Source of the DNA: Malacoraja senta | Taxonomy: Eukaryota | Reading direction: 5' to 3' | DNA: 64,000 nt | NCBI GenBank assembly: GCA_038087875.1 | Contig: CM075987.1 | Span: forward strand, 19,656,001 to 19,720,000 | Shown: positions 12,357 through 27,489 of the stretch, piece by piece | Layout of the letters: each line of letters starts with the position of its first letter | Position numbering within the stretch: position 1 is the first letter of the stretch | The notes under the pieces: generated by a model | The model's database searches: none | Told to the model about the DNA's origin: nothing | The model's input: only the letters and a program-made list of their open reading frames with translations | Program-made: the position numbers and the translations under genes

Positions 12357-15300
12357 TGGTAGTTTAGATTCAGCTTCTACTTTATTAAAAGATGTTTCAT
12401 CCCAGGATGTGGTCTCTGCTGGCAGTATCACACTCGTTGCCTATTCCAAGTGCACTATGTACATTTGGGGAGAACTCTGCGGTACTGGAGCAATAAATAG
12501 GTTAATCTGGGTAGGAGTGATATTTAGTGATTTTGCATGTATTTAGTGATTTTATTTTTTTACAGATCTAAGAACCTTAAAGAGACCTTTCATTTCCATT
12601 TTATTTAGTGCCAGCTCAGAAATGACCAGATTTACTGTATTTAAATTCCCAACATGTTGGCATTTGAATTCCCAACTTCAGGATTGGTTATCCAGGTTCA
12701 AAAGTCCATATCTCCTGCTTTCCGATCTTCCTTTGGAGACCAGAAACGAGCCCCTACTGAATTCCTTTAAATGAAAGAACTGTAGAAGTTATAGACGTTT
12801 AACTCGTCAGTCTACCGATATCCATTGTCTGCAGATCCAGCAGATTAATAAAGAGAATTGTATTTCAATGGGATTGGTGAAGTGATTTGCTGCAATGAAG
12901 CAATGTGCCCCATGGCAAATCTGTTAATTTCAACACATTTCTGGGGCAAGTTGCCACTTAATTATTGCAAATTTTATGTTTAAAAAAATATCCTGGTTGT
13001 AATAAAAATCAGTTGGGTATAGGTCAGCAATGGTTTAAATTATTATTGAAATAAGTACACTGGGATTGCGTAGCGTGCATCTGATTGAGCTCCTGCAACT
13101 CTCCTATGTGGCACAGTTTTTTGCTCAGGCAATGTTGTCATGTGAGCCTTTTTGTGCTGGGCTGCACTCGTGGCAAAATTTTACATTGAATTTTCTCACA
13201 CCAAACAATCTGCCCTCAAATAGTATCCTTAAGATGGACATTAAATGGGAGTGAGTATTAAAGGAGATAGTTTTGGGCAGTGTTTAATAGCGAAGGAGAG
13301 TGAAGCAGACACATTGAAGGAGTAAATAGGATATAGCTTAGTGCCTACAAATTAAATCCATTGATTTAAGAGCAGTGAAAACCAGGGATATACAATTGGA
13401 TGAAAGCAGCAATCACAAAAAAAGCAGTAGATGCAGGGGAGGCAACTGAGGAAGTGACAGGAGAAGCCATTTAGGATTTTGGTAACAAGATTGCGAATTG
13501 GCGCATCAAGAGTTGTTGCAGGTTAGCAACTAGGCATTATGGGTAAATGAGGTGTGGTGTAAATTGAAATGTGGGACAACAGAGTTTTGTCATGGAGTCA
13601 TACAGCACGGGAACAGGCCCTTCAGCCCAACTCGTCCATGTCAACCTTAATGCCCCATCTAAGCTTATCTCATTTGCCTGTGTTTGGCCCATATCCCTCA
13701 AAACCTTTCCGATCCACCTATCTGTCCAGATGTCTTTTAAATGTTATTGTACCTCCATCAACTATTTCCACTTGTCAAGGTAAGTATTTGCATAGTGAAG
13801 AGCAAATATTTAGGGTTCTGAGGTTGACTGAGGTGATGAACAAGGTCTCTGGGCGATGTTCAGAAGATTGTCTGGTTTGATTCCCTCCTGTAATGTTCAC
13901 TGCATGGCCTTAAAGAGTAAACAGATCTTTGACTGATTACTTGAAGCTTGTGTTGCGAGGGGTGGCGCAAGATACCTTGTGGATAAGGCTAACACTGTTA
14001 AGTTTGGAGGGTCTCTCTTGCTGCAATTGAGCTGTGCTGCTTCTAGTTTGATTGGAGTATATGTTTCTTATATTTGTGAGGCCTTAAAAGGGGTATCAGC
14101 TGTGCTGAGATATTTTAAAATTTGTTTAAGATTGATTTGATCCAAGCAGACACAGAGTGCACAACATTAGAGGAATTATAGACCGGAAGACAGAGAGAGA
14201 CTAGGAAATGCCAGTCAGATCGCACTAGTTTCCCAATGATGTCGATGTGTGAGGGAGCAATTTGCTCCCATACCTGCTCCTCCTCTCTATGGCTTGGAAA
14301 TGTCAATTTCAAATAAAAATCACCAGTCAAATATAATAACTGAAACGTGCAAAACGGTAGCACTCTTCTGTTTTAACAGCACATTCCCATTGGCACCAGC
14401 TTTGCATTGGTTCTAAAGCTCTTGCAATTGGAATGTATTTGCACAATCACGTCATGGCAGGCCATCACTGAAATCCACTTTGGCAGGTAAAAGGTAGCAA
14501 CAGAGGAAAACATGCCCTTCATTCTGCGGCTCTAAGCACAAACCCACAGATTTATAAGAAACAAGAGAGGAGGCCTTTCAGCCTGTCAAGCCTGTTCTAG
14601 CAGTAAACAAGGTAATGGCTGATTTGATCTTGACCTCTGCTTATTGCCCATTTCCACAACCTTTCACTCCCCAATGAGTAAACAAACACTTTCTAAAGTT
14701 TAAAAATATATTCAACTACCCAGTTTCTACAACTGTCTGGGGTAGAGAATTACAAAGATTCGCATCCGTCAGAGAGAAAACAAAAGTCATCATCTTCATC
14801 CTTAATGGGCAGTTGTTTACTTTGACACCATACCCCATTTCTATGTAAACCCACAAGGGAATAGATCCTCCGAGCATCTCCGAGCCCTTCTATGCTCCCT
14901 CTTTCTCATGCTTGAGACTTCTTTGACCAAGCTTTGTCATCTGTCCTAATATTTGGTCATGTATCATGTATCCGAATAATTCCCTATGTGATGGAGCACC
15001 AGACTCTGTTTCATAGTCATTACCATGAGGTGCTCATGTAAAAGGTTAATTGTATTGTACACACTGATTCCTCATTCATGACAGAATTTCATTCCCAATA
15101 TTAGTATATCCGTCCTTAATTTTACGTAATATTCCGGCTGCAGTCTCACCAACAGACCATTCATGCAGCGAGATGGAACCATGGCAGGGTTTACAGAGTC
15201 ACTACCATTATAGCAAACAGAGTTACTTAAATAAAATTTGTGTAAAAATGGAAATGTTTCCCAATAAAAGTGGTATTATTTCTCCAACAGAATGGTATGA

Positions 15301-15460
15301 GTTGCGAAAATTACATAATAATTGTACATAAATCCCAAAGCAGTTACTTAAAGCAGTGTGGGCTCTAGGCATGTTTAATGAATTTGGGTGTGTGGGGGTT
15401 GGGGAGGTAGGAGAGGAGAATTACCCAACCATCTCTATTGCGGCAAAGGACTTGCAGTGT

Positions 15461-15660
15461 NNNNNNNNNNNNNNNNNNNNNNNNNNNNNNNNNNNNNNNN
15501 NNNNNNNNNNNNNNNNNNNNNNNNNNNNNNNNNNNNNNNNNNNNNNNNNNNNNNNNNNNNNNNNNNNNNNNNNNNNNNNNNNNNNNNNNNNNNNNNNNNN
15601 NNNNNNNNNNNNNNNNNNNNNNNNNNNNNNNNNNNNNNNNNNNNNNNNNNNNNNNNNNNN
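15461..15660. other. Assembly gap (200 N)
   Basis: Run of 200 N. Confidence 1.
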
Positions 15661-18600
15661 GATGCTGGTTTAAATTGAAGGTAGACACAAAATGCTGGAG
15701 TAACTCAGCGGGACAGGCTGCATCTATGGAGAGAAGGAATGGGTGATGTTTCAGGTCGAGACCCTTCTTCGGACCTTATGTAGTGTTTAGTTTAGAGATA
15801 CATACAGCTTGGAAGGAGGCCCTTCAGCCCACCGAGTCCATGCTGATCATTGATCACCCCTACACACACTTGTTATATGTTATCCAACCTTTGCATCCAC
15901 CTCCTGCATACTGGGCCAATTTACAGAAGCCAATTAATCTATGAACCAGCACGTCTTTGGGATGTGGAGGAAAGCGAACCACACAGTCACAGAGACAACC
16001 TGCAAACTCTACGCAGACAGCACCCGAGGTCAGGGTCGAACCCAGCTCTGGCGCTGTGGGGCTGCTACTCATCTGTGCCGATTTCCTCTGTAATCTTTGA
16101 TCCCGCCATAGCGCAGCTACCCTTCTGATTGGCATCGAGAAGGGTTGACGTGCTTGCTGAACCTACGTTGGCTCAAACCTGAGTGACTCCTTGTCCAATC
16201 TCACCGCACTCTTGCCCCACCCCATCTCTTCATCCTTCGCCAGCCCTCTCATCCTCCAGGATATCTACTTGCCAGTTCTGACCTCTGTACACCTCTAATT
16301 TGCTTTTCTATGACTGGCCTCTTGGTCAACTTTAATCTCTCCACCATTTTGCAGCTCAGATTATAGATGGAAGGACATTAAGCATTGACATTTGCCCCTA
16401 CATCCCACTCACCTGCTTCTTATAACCTATTGCTTTCACCAAAGATTTGGTGGTCTCTCTTAATAGGTACCTCAGCATCAGGTAGTGGTTGTTTTTGGAA
16501 AAATTCTGCTTCATTACGCATCAAGGTGCAAGTTGCTGTGATGCAGTGGATGGGCCTGAAGGCTGAACGGTATCAAGGTCAGAAAAATCCAAACATTCTC
16601 AGGCATGTTTGTGCAGCAAGATCTGTGAGCCAGGACTCTGTGGTACAGGAGCTATAAGCTCAGCCTTGTTTTGTATCAGCAGCTGTAGCATGTGACTTAA
16701 TCCGGCACTCCCACATCAACATAACAGGATGGAGTTAATGTAAGCATTCACTGGGATGAGTGTAACACTGTGTTCAAGTCCTGGTAGCTAACAGCAGACA
16801 AAGGAAGCAATAAAGAAATGGGTGCAATTTTCCAACATTTCGTGTGAAAATATTGCTTCTGGCATTAAAGACTGGCAGCCACTGTAATACACTCTTTTTA
16901 GATTTTTGTTTTACAGAGTTGCTTTTATATTCTTGATTATTTTGTTACAGCTGAGTGATAAACTCTCGGTGGAGCATAATAGTGAACTGTGAAGCAGTTC
17001 CTAATAGGTTTCAGCACAAGTCCAAGAAACAGGAAGAAAGCCTTAAATGCATAAAAAATCCCAAACCAGTCTGAGCAGGGCAGCAGCTGGTACTGGAGAA
17101 GCACAAGTGTTTAAGATTCACTCTTAATTTCTCTTTGCTGAACCAAATTACACAAACCTTAGCTGGTAAATGGAAATGTCAGAGATTTTCTTATATATAT
17201 TCACCCACAAGATGTGGATGCTGCTGTTAAGGCTATACAGATCGTCCATCACTAATCTCACCTGAAGTGAATGGCTTGTCAAAGGACAATTAGGCTTCAA
17301 CCCCCATTAATGGGTAGGACGTAGAACAGTACAGCAGGCCCTTCACCTCACGATATCTGCCAAACATGATGCCAAGTTAAACTAATCACCTTTGCCTGTA
17401 CGTGATCCATACCACCCCCCATTCTCTGCATATCCATTTGCCTATCTAAAAGCCTCTTATATGCCACTATTGTATGCACCTTCACCACCACCCCAGGCCG
17501 TACGTTCCAGGCACGCACCACTTTACGTGTAAAACTTTTCCTGCACATCTCCTGTAAAATGCCACCTTAAAGCTACAGCGTCTAGTCTTTCCACCTTAGG
17601 AAAAAGGTTCTGACTGTCACCCTTATCCATGCCTCTCATAATTTTAGATGCTTCTATCCGGTCTTTCCTCAACCTCCGACGCTCCAGATAAAACAATCCA
17701 AGTTTCTCCAACCTGTCCTTATAGCCAATACCCTCAAGTCCAGGCAGCATTCTGGTAAGTCTCTTCTGCACCCTCCCACAACCCTCTACATCTTTCCTGT
17801 GATAGGGGGTCCAGAACTGCACACATTACTCCAAATGCGGTCTAACCAATGTCCTATAAAACTGCAACATGACTACCTGACTCTTATACTCAATTGTGTG
17901 ACCAATGGAGCAAGCATACCATACGCCATCTTTACCACTCTGTCTACTTGCGTTGCCACTTTCAGCGAACTACGTACTTGGATTAATTTATTATAACCCA
18001 GAAAGAGGATATTTAGCCCTTTTGATCCTTTCCAGCTCTCAACTGAGCAATCCCATTCCTCATCTCATTATTTCCCTGTAGTGCTGCAACTTATTTCATA
18101 TTTTCTCTCACATGCCATTAAATCCTCTTCAACTGGTAACCCACACTAAGGAATAGTAACCTCCCAGCATACCAACAGCATCACAGAAAGAATGTATTCA
18201 AGAGAGAGTTAGATATAGCTCTTAGGGCTAACGGAATCAAGGGATATGAGGAGAAAGGAGGAATGGGGTACTGATTTTGGATGATCAGCCATGATCATAT
18301 TATATGGCGGTGCTGGCTCGAAGGGCCGAAAGGCCTACTCCTGCACCTATTTTCTATGTTTCTATGTGCAAACTCCAATGGAGAACCCATGAAGTCAAAA
18401 TCGAACCTCAGCCCCTAACATACATTTAATTAGGTGAAATGTAGTTACTGTTTTAATGCAGCAAATGTGATACCCAGGAAGCTGCTGGGAACAGTGAGGT
18501 CTGGTCACTTGTTTTGGCGATGTTTACGGAGTGACACAATAAACCTGCTCTTTGCAGCAGTGCATGGAGTCTTTTGTGCCCATCAAGAGGGAAGCACTCA

Positions 18601-21600
18601 GTTTAATTCATCCAACAAATGGTACCTCCGACAGAGCAGTCCTTCCTCAGTAAAGGCATTATGCTCAACCATAGTCAGCCTGAAATACATGCTGATCAGT
18701 GGAAAAGGACTCAGTCGCATGACTACCTGGCACTGAAAAACCTGCACATTGGTCGGAGTCTACAGCGTAATATGAAAATCATATAAAAAGGCAAGGTGAA
18801 TCAAAGTCGTATTCATTGAGTTTAAAAACCCATGGAAAGTAGGACGAATGGAAGACCTGAAGGAGGTTCACATTTTTTTTTCTGAACAGTCTCATATTTG
18901 TATTCATTAAATATTTTGCTTGTGTAAAATTCTTCCCACAGTTTCGGAGTGAAATCCCACTGGTGAAGTCATTATATTACTCACTCTTCCCTCTACTGAA
19001 TGTTTCTCAGCTGTTTCTTGTTCCACTATACTCAGTGCTAACCTATTTAGGCTGCTTGATTTTGTTTTTCCTCCAGGAACGGCAGGTAAATTATGTAACT
19101 GGGGACTTCAACTTCCTGTGCTGAGTCCTAGTCCCCATCAGTTAGAATTCAAAAGTGTTTTTTTAATCAGGGAAACACAATTTCTGGGGGAAAGCAGTAG
19201 CTCTTAAATCTGCAGCAGCTTCATTTTCCCCCACAGAGTTCTTGCGTGGAAAAGAGAAATCATAATGTCAACCCTTTAATCAACAGGGAACTGATCAGAG
19301 AAGGAGGACTTGGTTGTAAACCATGCACGAGACAAATTATGAAATCTCTGTAAGAGGCAAAATATAATTCATTCCCCCCCCCCCCCCACCCCTCTTCCCC
19401 ATGCTCTTCGACTGACACACGACAAGCAATTATTATTCATTTTGACTATTCTGAAACTTTTTATCTCCATCTCAATTCCCCCTTAATCTGTCCCCGTTCA
19501 ATTAAGTTAGTGCTTGATTTGCGACTCACAGGCATTAAAGAGCCTTTTCTCTGTGCAAAAATAACTTGGGCTGCTGTCCTGGAAATGCGATTACAGTAGA
19601 TACATTTAATAAAATGGCAAGCAGTTAGTCCAGTTTATTTTATTGATATTCCGACTAACAATATCTGCTAAGTTCTGAAATGGGCAGTTTGTTGGCAACA
19701 GGAAAGCTGTCGGTGGGGAATGTGTTTGAGAAAATATTACCATAACGAGTGAGAGAAGCCTTTCTTAAATCTCGTGTTATTCTATGGCTAGGTATGTGGT
19801 TGAATTGTAAGAGATCGAATGAGTAAACACAGGTGATTGTTTATTTATATTGTTGTTGATGGCCGCGTTCCAGGTAATCGAGCCAATTTCCTCAGTGCCA
19901 AGATTGCTCCTGAACGGACAGTTTGCCAAGGAGTTTCAGTCTGTGCAACAGCTTTGATTAATTAGGCTGTAGATTTAGCAGAGTAAGTTCCATCAAGGTT
20001 AAATTAATCATTTTCAGTCTACAGCCTTTAACTTCAAAATCACAATTCAAGGAATGATATGGTCAGTCATTCGCCTACCAAAGATCCAAATTCACAAGGC
20101 ACTGTGCTTAATATGTTGTACTTATTTCTTTGAAAACTGTTGAAATTATTCTAAATTAGTACCGAAAAACATTGTTGTACCATTGAGATGGCATTGTTTG
20201 TGTTTTAAATTTGGTTGAAGTGAGTTTTCTAATATACTGGCATATGTGGATTATATCTGGAAAATGAAATAAGCGTTGATGTGGGGCAAAAGTTTAGTTG
20301 TGTTTGCACATTCATTGATTGATTTTCTGGGAAGTGTAATGGACTGCAGCGTTTAATGCCTACTTTCCTTATAACTACAAGAGTTAGGTTTAGGTTTATT
20401 ATTGTCATGCGTGCCGAGGTGCAGTGAAAAGCTTTGTTTTGCTATCCAAACAGATCAAATATACCATGCATGAAAACAATCAAGTCAAACTGAAGTAAAA
20501 TAGATAGAGCAAAGTGGAAGATTCAGAATGCAGAATATAGTTTTCAACATTATACCACACAGTAGCACACCAGTTCCTTAGACAAAGTCCAATGTCCATA
20601 AGCCTGATAACAGAGGGGAAGAAGCTGTTTCTGACTCTGGCTGTGTGCGCTTTCAAGATTCTGTACCTTTTGCAGGACGGTAGTAGAAGAAGGAATGACC
20701 AGAGTGGGAGAAGTCTTTGATTATGTTGGCTGCTTTTCTGAAGTGTGAAATATAGATGGAGTCAATGATGGGGAAGACTGGTCTATGTGATCTACACCCA
20801 GTACATGCCATTTTATCAAGTTCACAAATGTCACAGAGTTCAGTTGTGCTGGGGCAGTGGGTCACAAAGTGACTATTTTTTTAAACATGTTTTATCACAC
20901 AATATTGACCTTCCCCAATCTGATGTAATATGGGCAAGAATCGAGGTGACGTTCTTTCTAATCCGAGCAATACACTTTAATTACACAACAGAACAAATCT
21001 TTCCCAACTCTCCAGTTTGACATTACCTATTCCCTCAGTAATAGATAATTTGCTTCTGTGAGTGAACATGGTGAGTGAACACAGTCTGAAGAAGGGTCTT
21101 GACCCGAAATGTCACCCATTCCTTCTCCCCAGAGATGCTGCCTGTCCCGGAGTTATTCCAGCATTTTGTGTCTACCTTCGATTTAAACCAGCAAATTCAG
21201 TTGTTTCCTACACATGGTAGTTTAGATTCAGCTTCTACTTTATTAAAAGATGTTTCATCCCAGGATGTGGTCTCTGCTGGCAGTATCACACTCGTTGCCT
21301 ATTCCAAGTGCACTATGTACATTTGGGGAGAACTCTGCGGTACTGGAGCAATAAATAGGTTAATCTGGGTAGGAGTGATATTTAGTGATTTTGCATGTAT
21401 TTAGTGATTTTATTTTTTTACAGATCTAAGAACCTTAAAGAGACCTTTCATTTCCATTTTATTTAGTGCCAGCTCAGAAATGACCAGATTTACTGTATTT
21501 AAATTCCCAACATGTTGGCATTTGAATTCCCAACTTCAGGATTGGTTATCCAGGTTCAAAAGTCCATATCTCCTGCTTTCCGATCTTCCTTTGGAGACCA

Positions 21601-24318
21601 GAAACGAGCCCCTACTGAATTCCTTTAAATGAAAGAACTGTAGAAGTTATAGACGTTTAACTCGTCAGTCTACCGATATCCATTGTCTGCAGATCCAGCA
21701 GATTAATAAAGAGAATTGTATTTCAATGGGATTGGTGAAGTGATTTGCTGCAATGAAGCAATGTGCCCCATGGCAAATCTGTTAATTTCAACACATTTCT
21801 GGGGCAAGTTGCCACTTAATTATTGCAAATTTTATGTTTAAAAAAATATCCTGGTTGTAATAAAAATCAGTTGGGTATAGGTCAGCAATGGTTTAAATTA
21901 TTATTGAAATAAGTACACTGGGATTGCGTAGCGTGCATCTGATTGAGCTCCTGCAACTCTCCTATGTGGCACAGTTTTTTGCTCAGGCAATGTTGTCATG
22001 TGAGCCTTTTTGTGCTGGGCTGCACTCGTGGCAAAATTTTACATTGAATTTTCTCACACCAAACAATCTGCCCTCAAATAGTATCCTTAAGATGGACATT
22101 AAATGGGAGTGAGTATTAAAGGAGATAGTTTTGGGCAGTGTTTAATAGCGAAGGAGAGTGAAGCAGACACATTGAAGGAGTAAATAGGATATAGCTTAGT
22201 GCCTACAAATTAAATCCATTGATTTAAGAGCAGTGAAAACCAGGGATATACAATTGGATGAAAGCAGCAATCACAAAAAAAGCAGTAGATGCAGGGGAGG
22301 CAACTGAGGAAGTGACAGGAGAAGCCATTTAGGATTTTGGTAACAAGATTGCGAATTGGCGCATCAAGAGTTGTTGCAGGTTAGCAACTAGGCATTATGG
22401 GTAAATGAGGTGTGGTGTAAATTGAAATGTGGGACAACAGAGTTTTGTCATGGAGTCATACAGCACGGGAACAGGCCCTTCAGCCCAACTCGTCCATGTC
22501 AACCTTAATGCCCCATCTAAGCTTATCTCATTTGCCTGTGTTTGGCCCATATCCCTCAAAACCTTTCCGATCCACCTATCTGTCCAGATGTCTTTTAAAT
22601 GTTATTGTACCTCCATCAACTATTTCCACTTGTCAAGGTAAGTATTTGCATAGTGAAGAGCAAATATTTAGGGTTCTGAGGTTGACTGAGGTGATGAACA
22701 AGGTCTCTGGGCGATGTTCAGAAGATTGTCTGGTTTGATTCCCTCCTGTAATGTTCACTGCATGGCCTTAAAGAGTAAACAGATCTTTGACTGATTACTT
22801 GAAGCTTGTGTTGCGAGGGGTGGCGCAAGATACCTTGTGGATAAGGCTAACACTGTTAAGTTTGGAGGGTCTCTCTTGCTGCAATTGAGCTGTGCTGCTT
22901 CTAGTTTGATTGGAGTATATGTTTCTTATATTTGTGAGGCCTTAAAAGGGGTATCAGCTGTGCTGAGATATTTTAAAATTTGTTTAAGATTGATTTGATC
23001 CAAGCAGACACAGAGTGCACAACATTAGAGGAATTATAGACCGGAAGACAGAGAGAGACTAGGAAATGCCAGTCAGATCGCACTAGTTTCCCAATGATGT
23101 CGATGTGTGAGGGAGCAATTTGCTCCCATACCTGCTCCTCCTCTCTATGGCTTGGAAATGTCAATTTCAAATAAAAATCACCAGTCAAATATAATAACTG
23201 AAACGTGCAAAACGGTAGCACTCTTCTGTTTTAACAGCACATTCCCATTGGCACCAGCTTTGCATTGGTTCTAAAGCTCTTGCAATTGGAATGTATTTGC
23301 ACAATCACGTCATGGCAGGCCATCACTGAAATCCACTTTGGCAGGTAAAAGGTAGCAACAGAGGAAAACATGCCCTTCATTCTGCGGCTCTAAGCACAAA
23401 CCCACAGATTTATAAGAAACAAGAGAGGAGGCCTTTCAGCCTGTCAAGCCTGTTCTAGCAGTAAACAAGGTAATGGCTGATTTGATCTTGACCTCTGCTT
23501 ATTGCCCATTTCCACAACCTTTCACTCCCCAATGAGTAAACAAACACTTTCTAAAGTTTAAAAATATATTCAACTACCCAGTTTCTACAACTGTCTGGGG
23601 TAGAGAATTACAAAGATTCGCATCCGTCAGAGAGAAAACAAAAGTCATCATCTTCATCCTTAATGGGCAGTTGTTTACTTTGACACCATACCCCATTTCT
23701 ATGTAAACCCACAAGGGAATAGATCCTCCGAGCATCTCCGAGCCCTTCTATGCTCCCTCTTTCTCATGCTTGAGACTTCTTTGACCAAGCTTTGTCATCT
23801 GTCCTAATATTTGGTCATGTATCATGTATCCGAATAATTCCCTATGTGATGGAGCACCAGACTCTGTTTCATAGTCATTACCATGAGGTGCTCATGTAAA
23901 AGGTTAATTGTATTGTACACACTGATTCCTCATTCATGACAGAATTTCATTCCCAATATTAGTATATCCGTCCTTAATTTTACGTAATATTCCGGCTGCA
24001 GTCTCACCAACAGACCATTCATGCAGCGAGATGGAACCATGGCAGGGTTTACAGAGTCACTACCATTATAGCAAACAGAGTTACTTAAATAAAATTTGTG
24101 TAAAAATGGAAATGTTTCCCAATAAAAGTGGTATTATTTCTCCAACAGAATGGTATGAGTTGCGAAAATTACATAATAATTGTACATAAATCCCAAAGCA
24201 GTTACTTAAAGCAGTGTGGGCTCTAGGCATGTTTAATGAATTTGGGTGTGTGGGGGTTGGGGAGGTAGGAGAGGAGAATTACCCAACCATCTCTATTGCG
24301 GCAAAGGACTTGCAGTGT
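15661..24318 (+). repeat. 8,658-bp direct duplication, copy 2
   Basis: Starts at the first base after the gap. Its last base corresponds to the last base before the gap. Confidence 0.97.
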
Positions 24319-26649
24319 CACTATGAGTTGTCTAGTGTTAAATGTGGCTGCTAACTGCAGGAGCTCAGCAGCACAGGGGCCACCAGCAAAAACGCTAATG
24401 AGAAACAGCTTTTCAGTGTACAACACCATTAAAACCATTTGATATTAAATTACTACCTTGACACTTCCTGGCAACCCTCTATTGTATATCTACTCAGCAC
24501 AAACATGGGCTGACACATAAATATTTTTTCAATGCTATTATTATTACGAATTTTATTGGGTTGAACAAGAAAATAACATTTCTCACTTTGGATTGAAAAG
24601 AAGGATTGTGTTTTGTAGTTCCATACACCATTTTTTCAGAACTGTAAAGAGTTAGGCAGTCATGTAAAATAAATTTTAACATATTCTCCTGCAATGGTTT
24701 TGGATAACTGATTAATTCATTTATATACACATGATTTGATTTGATTTCCCCACATGTAGATTGAACTGAACATTTTCAGTACACAAGTTCAAGGGTTTTC
24801 AATTTGCATCCTGCAAGGTTAATCCAGCAAAGAATTGGGTAAAAGTTTAAACATCGTGTGTATAGTGGCATAACGTCTGGGTCATGTAACTCTCAGAATG
24901 GGGCCTCATTAATTTGGAAATTAAATGATGGAAAGAATGGTTATTACAAGTAATGAGCACATGGAATTTCTATATAATGAATGCTACAAAATCACAGTGC
25001 TAACATCACTGTGCAGCTATTTGCCTTAACATGTAGAATCCTTTTTTCTATTAAACCCGGTGAACAGCCCTTATTTTGATGCCCTCTTACCTAACGTAGT
25101 TGGGGGCAAGCCGAGAAGAGACAAGTATCGAGCACAACTGAGGACTTCTACTGCAACCATTTTATTCAGTTCTTGCATGAAGATGGAGCTTCTGAAAAAA
25201 CCTTTAGACCTCCTAGAGGATTAAGTACATGAGATATGGTACTCAACCAGCTTACCCACTCCGTCCCTACAATCTTCCATGATCTGAAGGCCTCTAATTC
25301 TAGCTGCTTGTGCATTCCTGATTTTCATTCTATTACCATTGTCAACCATGCTTGCAAGCCCTGGATTTCCAATCTCCATCACTTTTACAGTTCTCTTTCT
25401 ACCTCCTGAGACCCTCCTTAAGACCTCTTTGACCAATCTTTTGCCAATATCAGATTTCATGATCGCTACTGTGTAGCCTCCTGGGGCAAGTTGCTTATGA
25501 AAAAGGTTGACCGTGTTGAATACACCAATGCACCATTCACACCAGAACTAAGATATAGAAAGTTAGGATAGGCTACAAATGCAGTAAATCATGAAGCGAT
25601 TTGCCAAAGTTGAGAAAGTAAAACCCAGTGAGGAACGTCGCCAGGACAGAGGTTGACTCCTACATTTGTTTTCCTTGCCCCTCACTGTGTGGTTTAATGG
25701 GCTTTCAAACATTAACCCATCTTCCTAGATCATTTACCTCCCAATGTAATTGAAAGTAGATTTTCTTTTCTTAAGGTACAGACAATATATTTCAAAAGAA
25801 ATAAAAAGATCTATGTAAAAAAACCTGCAGATGTGGTGTTAACTCGATAAATAACGAAATGTTGTGAAATGATCACATATGATATTAATATAGAATAACA
25901 TGGGTAGAAAAGTGTAGCAGTCATGTTACTGGACTAGAAATCTAGGGATTTGGATTAGCAGTCCAGAGAACTTGAATTCAAATCCCATGATGCCAGTTTG
26001 GAAATTTGAATTCATTATTAAAAATCTGGAAATGGTAAAGAGGACTACGAAGGTGTCAGAATGTAATAAAAGCCCAGCTGATTTGTGATTTTATTTTTAG
26101 AGAGAGTGAAATCTCTAGTGCTTTCCTGGTTGAGATGCCTTTAATGTAACACCAAGAAAGAGAATGAATTAAAAATCTTACATAAGTTAGGAGTGTTTTT
26201 CCGTGACATTTTTGGGAGAAAAATTGAAGATTGCATGGTTTGTACATTTATTGAAGGCCAAATATTGGTGACTATATTTAGAAATCCAATTCAACTGTTT
26301 AAATTTTTTTTTTAAATGTACTGTAATTATCTTTCTACATACTACACAATGCACATTTGCTATTTTGTTGGGGGTCAGTATCAATTCTGTACACACCAAT
26401 TTGAGGATCTTGGATGGGAGCCAAAGATACAAGGATGAAAACGTGGGGGGTGGGGTTTATAGATTGTGTTTGTATGCTTTGTGGTAAAGCCATTAATCAT
26501 ATTAGAGACCAAGACCGTTTTTTTGGCCAAAAGGAGAACCAAAAGCTAGGAAAATGGTACTAAAACAAAAGATTAGATTATCGTGGTCTTGTTGATGAAC
26601 CCAAATACCCAAGGGGATACCTCACCAAGAGTCAAGAATGGCGAAGTAC

Positions 26650-27260
26650 ATATCAAGATGTAAAAGCAATCAGTACCTGTTGGAAGAAGCACTTTAAAGA
26701 ATTCCTCAACCCTGTTGCTCTCCGTGATACTGGTGTCTTTAACTCTATTTCACAACAAATGCTCTGCTCCAGTCTTGTTACTGCTCCAAATTGATAAGAA
26801 GTTGATAAGGTTATGGACTAAGTCAAACACAATACCTCTGGACCAGACAATATTCCGCTGAGGACATGAAAATTGTTGGAGAGGAAATTTAGTGACAAAT
26901 TCACAGCTTTGTTACACATATCTGGAAAAAGAGGACATGCCAGGGACCCTGGAGATTCTGTCATTGTCACCATCTTCCAGAAAGGATTCTACTGAAGTGC
27001 CCCCTTGCTGTTGCTACAGGGAAAGTCATGGCAGGGGCCCAGCTCAACAATCTCCTTTGGGTAGCTAGAGAGTTACTCAGAATCACAGTGCAGATTGCAT
27101 CCATCCACGGGCACATGATCTTCTGTGTGCATAACTCCATGAGCAATGTCGGGAGCTGCACCTCCCACATGTACAAAAGTCTTTGACTTTGTCAATTGAA
27201 AGGATTCTGTGAAATATCCTTACTCGGTGTAGACGATGTTAGCAGTTCACCTCCACCCTA
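26650..27260 (+). mobile_element. Old RTE-clade LINE remnant (RT region, 5' part)
   Basis: Decayed GPDNIPAE..IW..MP..DSVIVTIFQKG pattern across frames. Appears to resume at about 30690-31230. Confidence 0.6.
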
Positions 27261-27489
27261 CAATTGCAGTTTGTAATTGTAATGCAATTCATGATTTATA
27301 TCAACTAATCCATATGCTAGTGATGATTTATATCAACTAACCCACATCAGATATGATCTCGGTGGGACAAATGACAAGCAAGATGTGTCATTGTTCCAAT
27401 CCTTTGCTCCATCTGTCTTGCCTTAACACTGCCCCACTCCTCCAAAAAGGTTCAATTGGAGTGAAACTAGCATGCAGGATAGATGGAAA

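Larger units (their letters stand above)
6803..15460 (+). repeat. 8,658-bp direct duplication, copy 1
   Basis: All complete ORFs recur with identical translations at offset +8858. The sequence appears identical to 15661-24318. Confidence 0.97.

Noticed and set aside
15356..15746. ORFs spanning the first N-run (and 60188-60623 at the second)
   Set aside because: They are open only because N codons are not stops.
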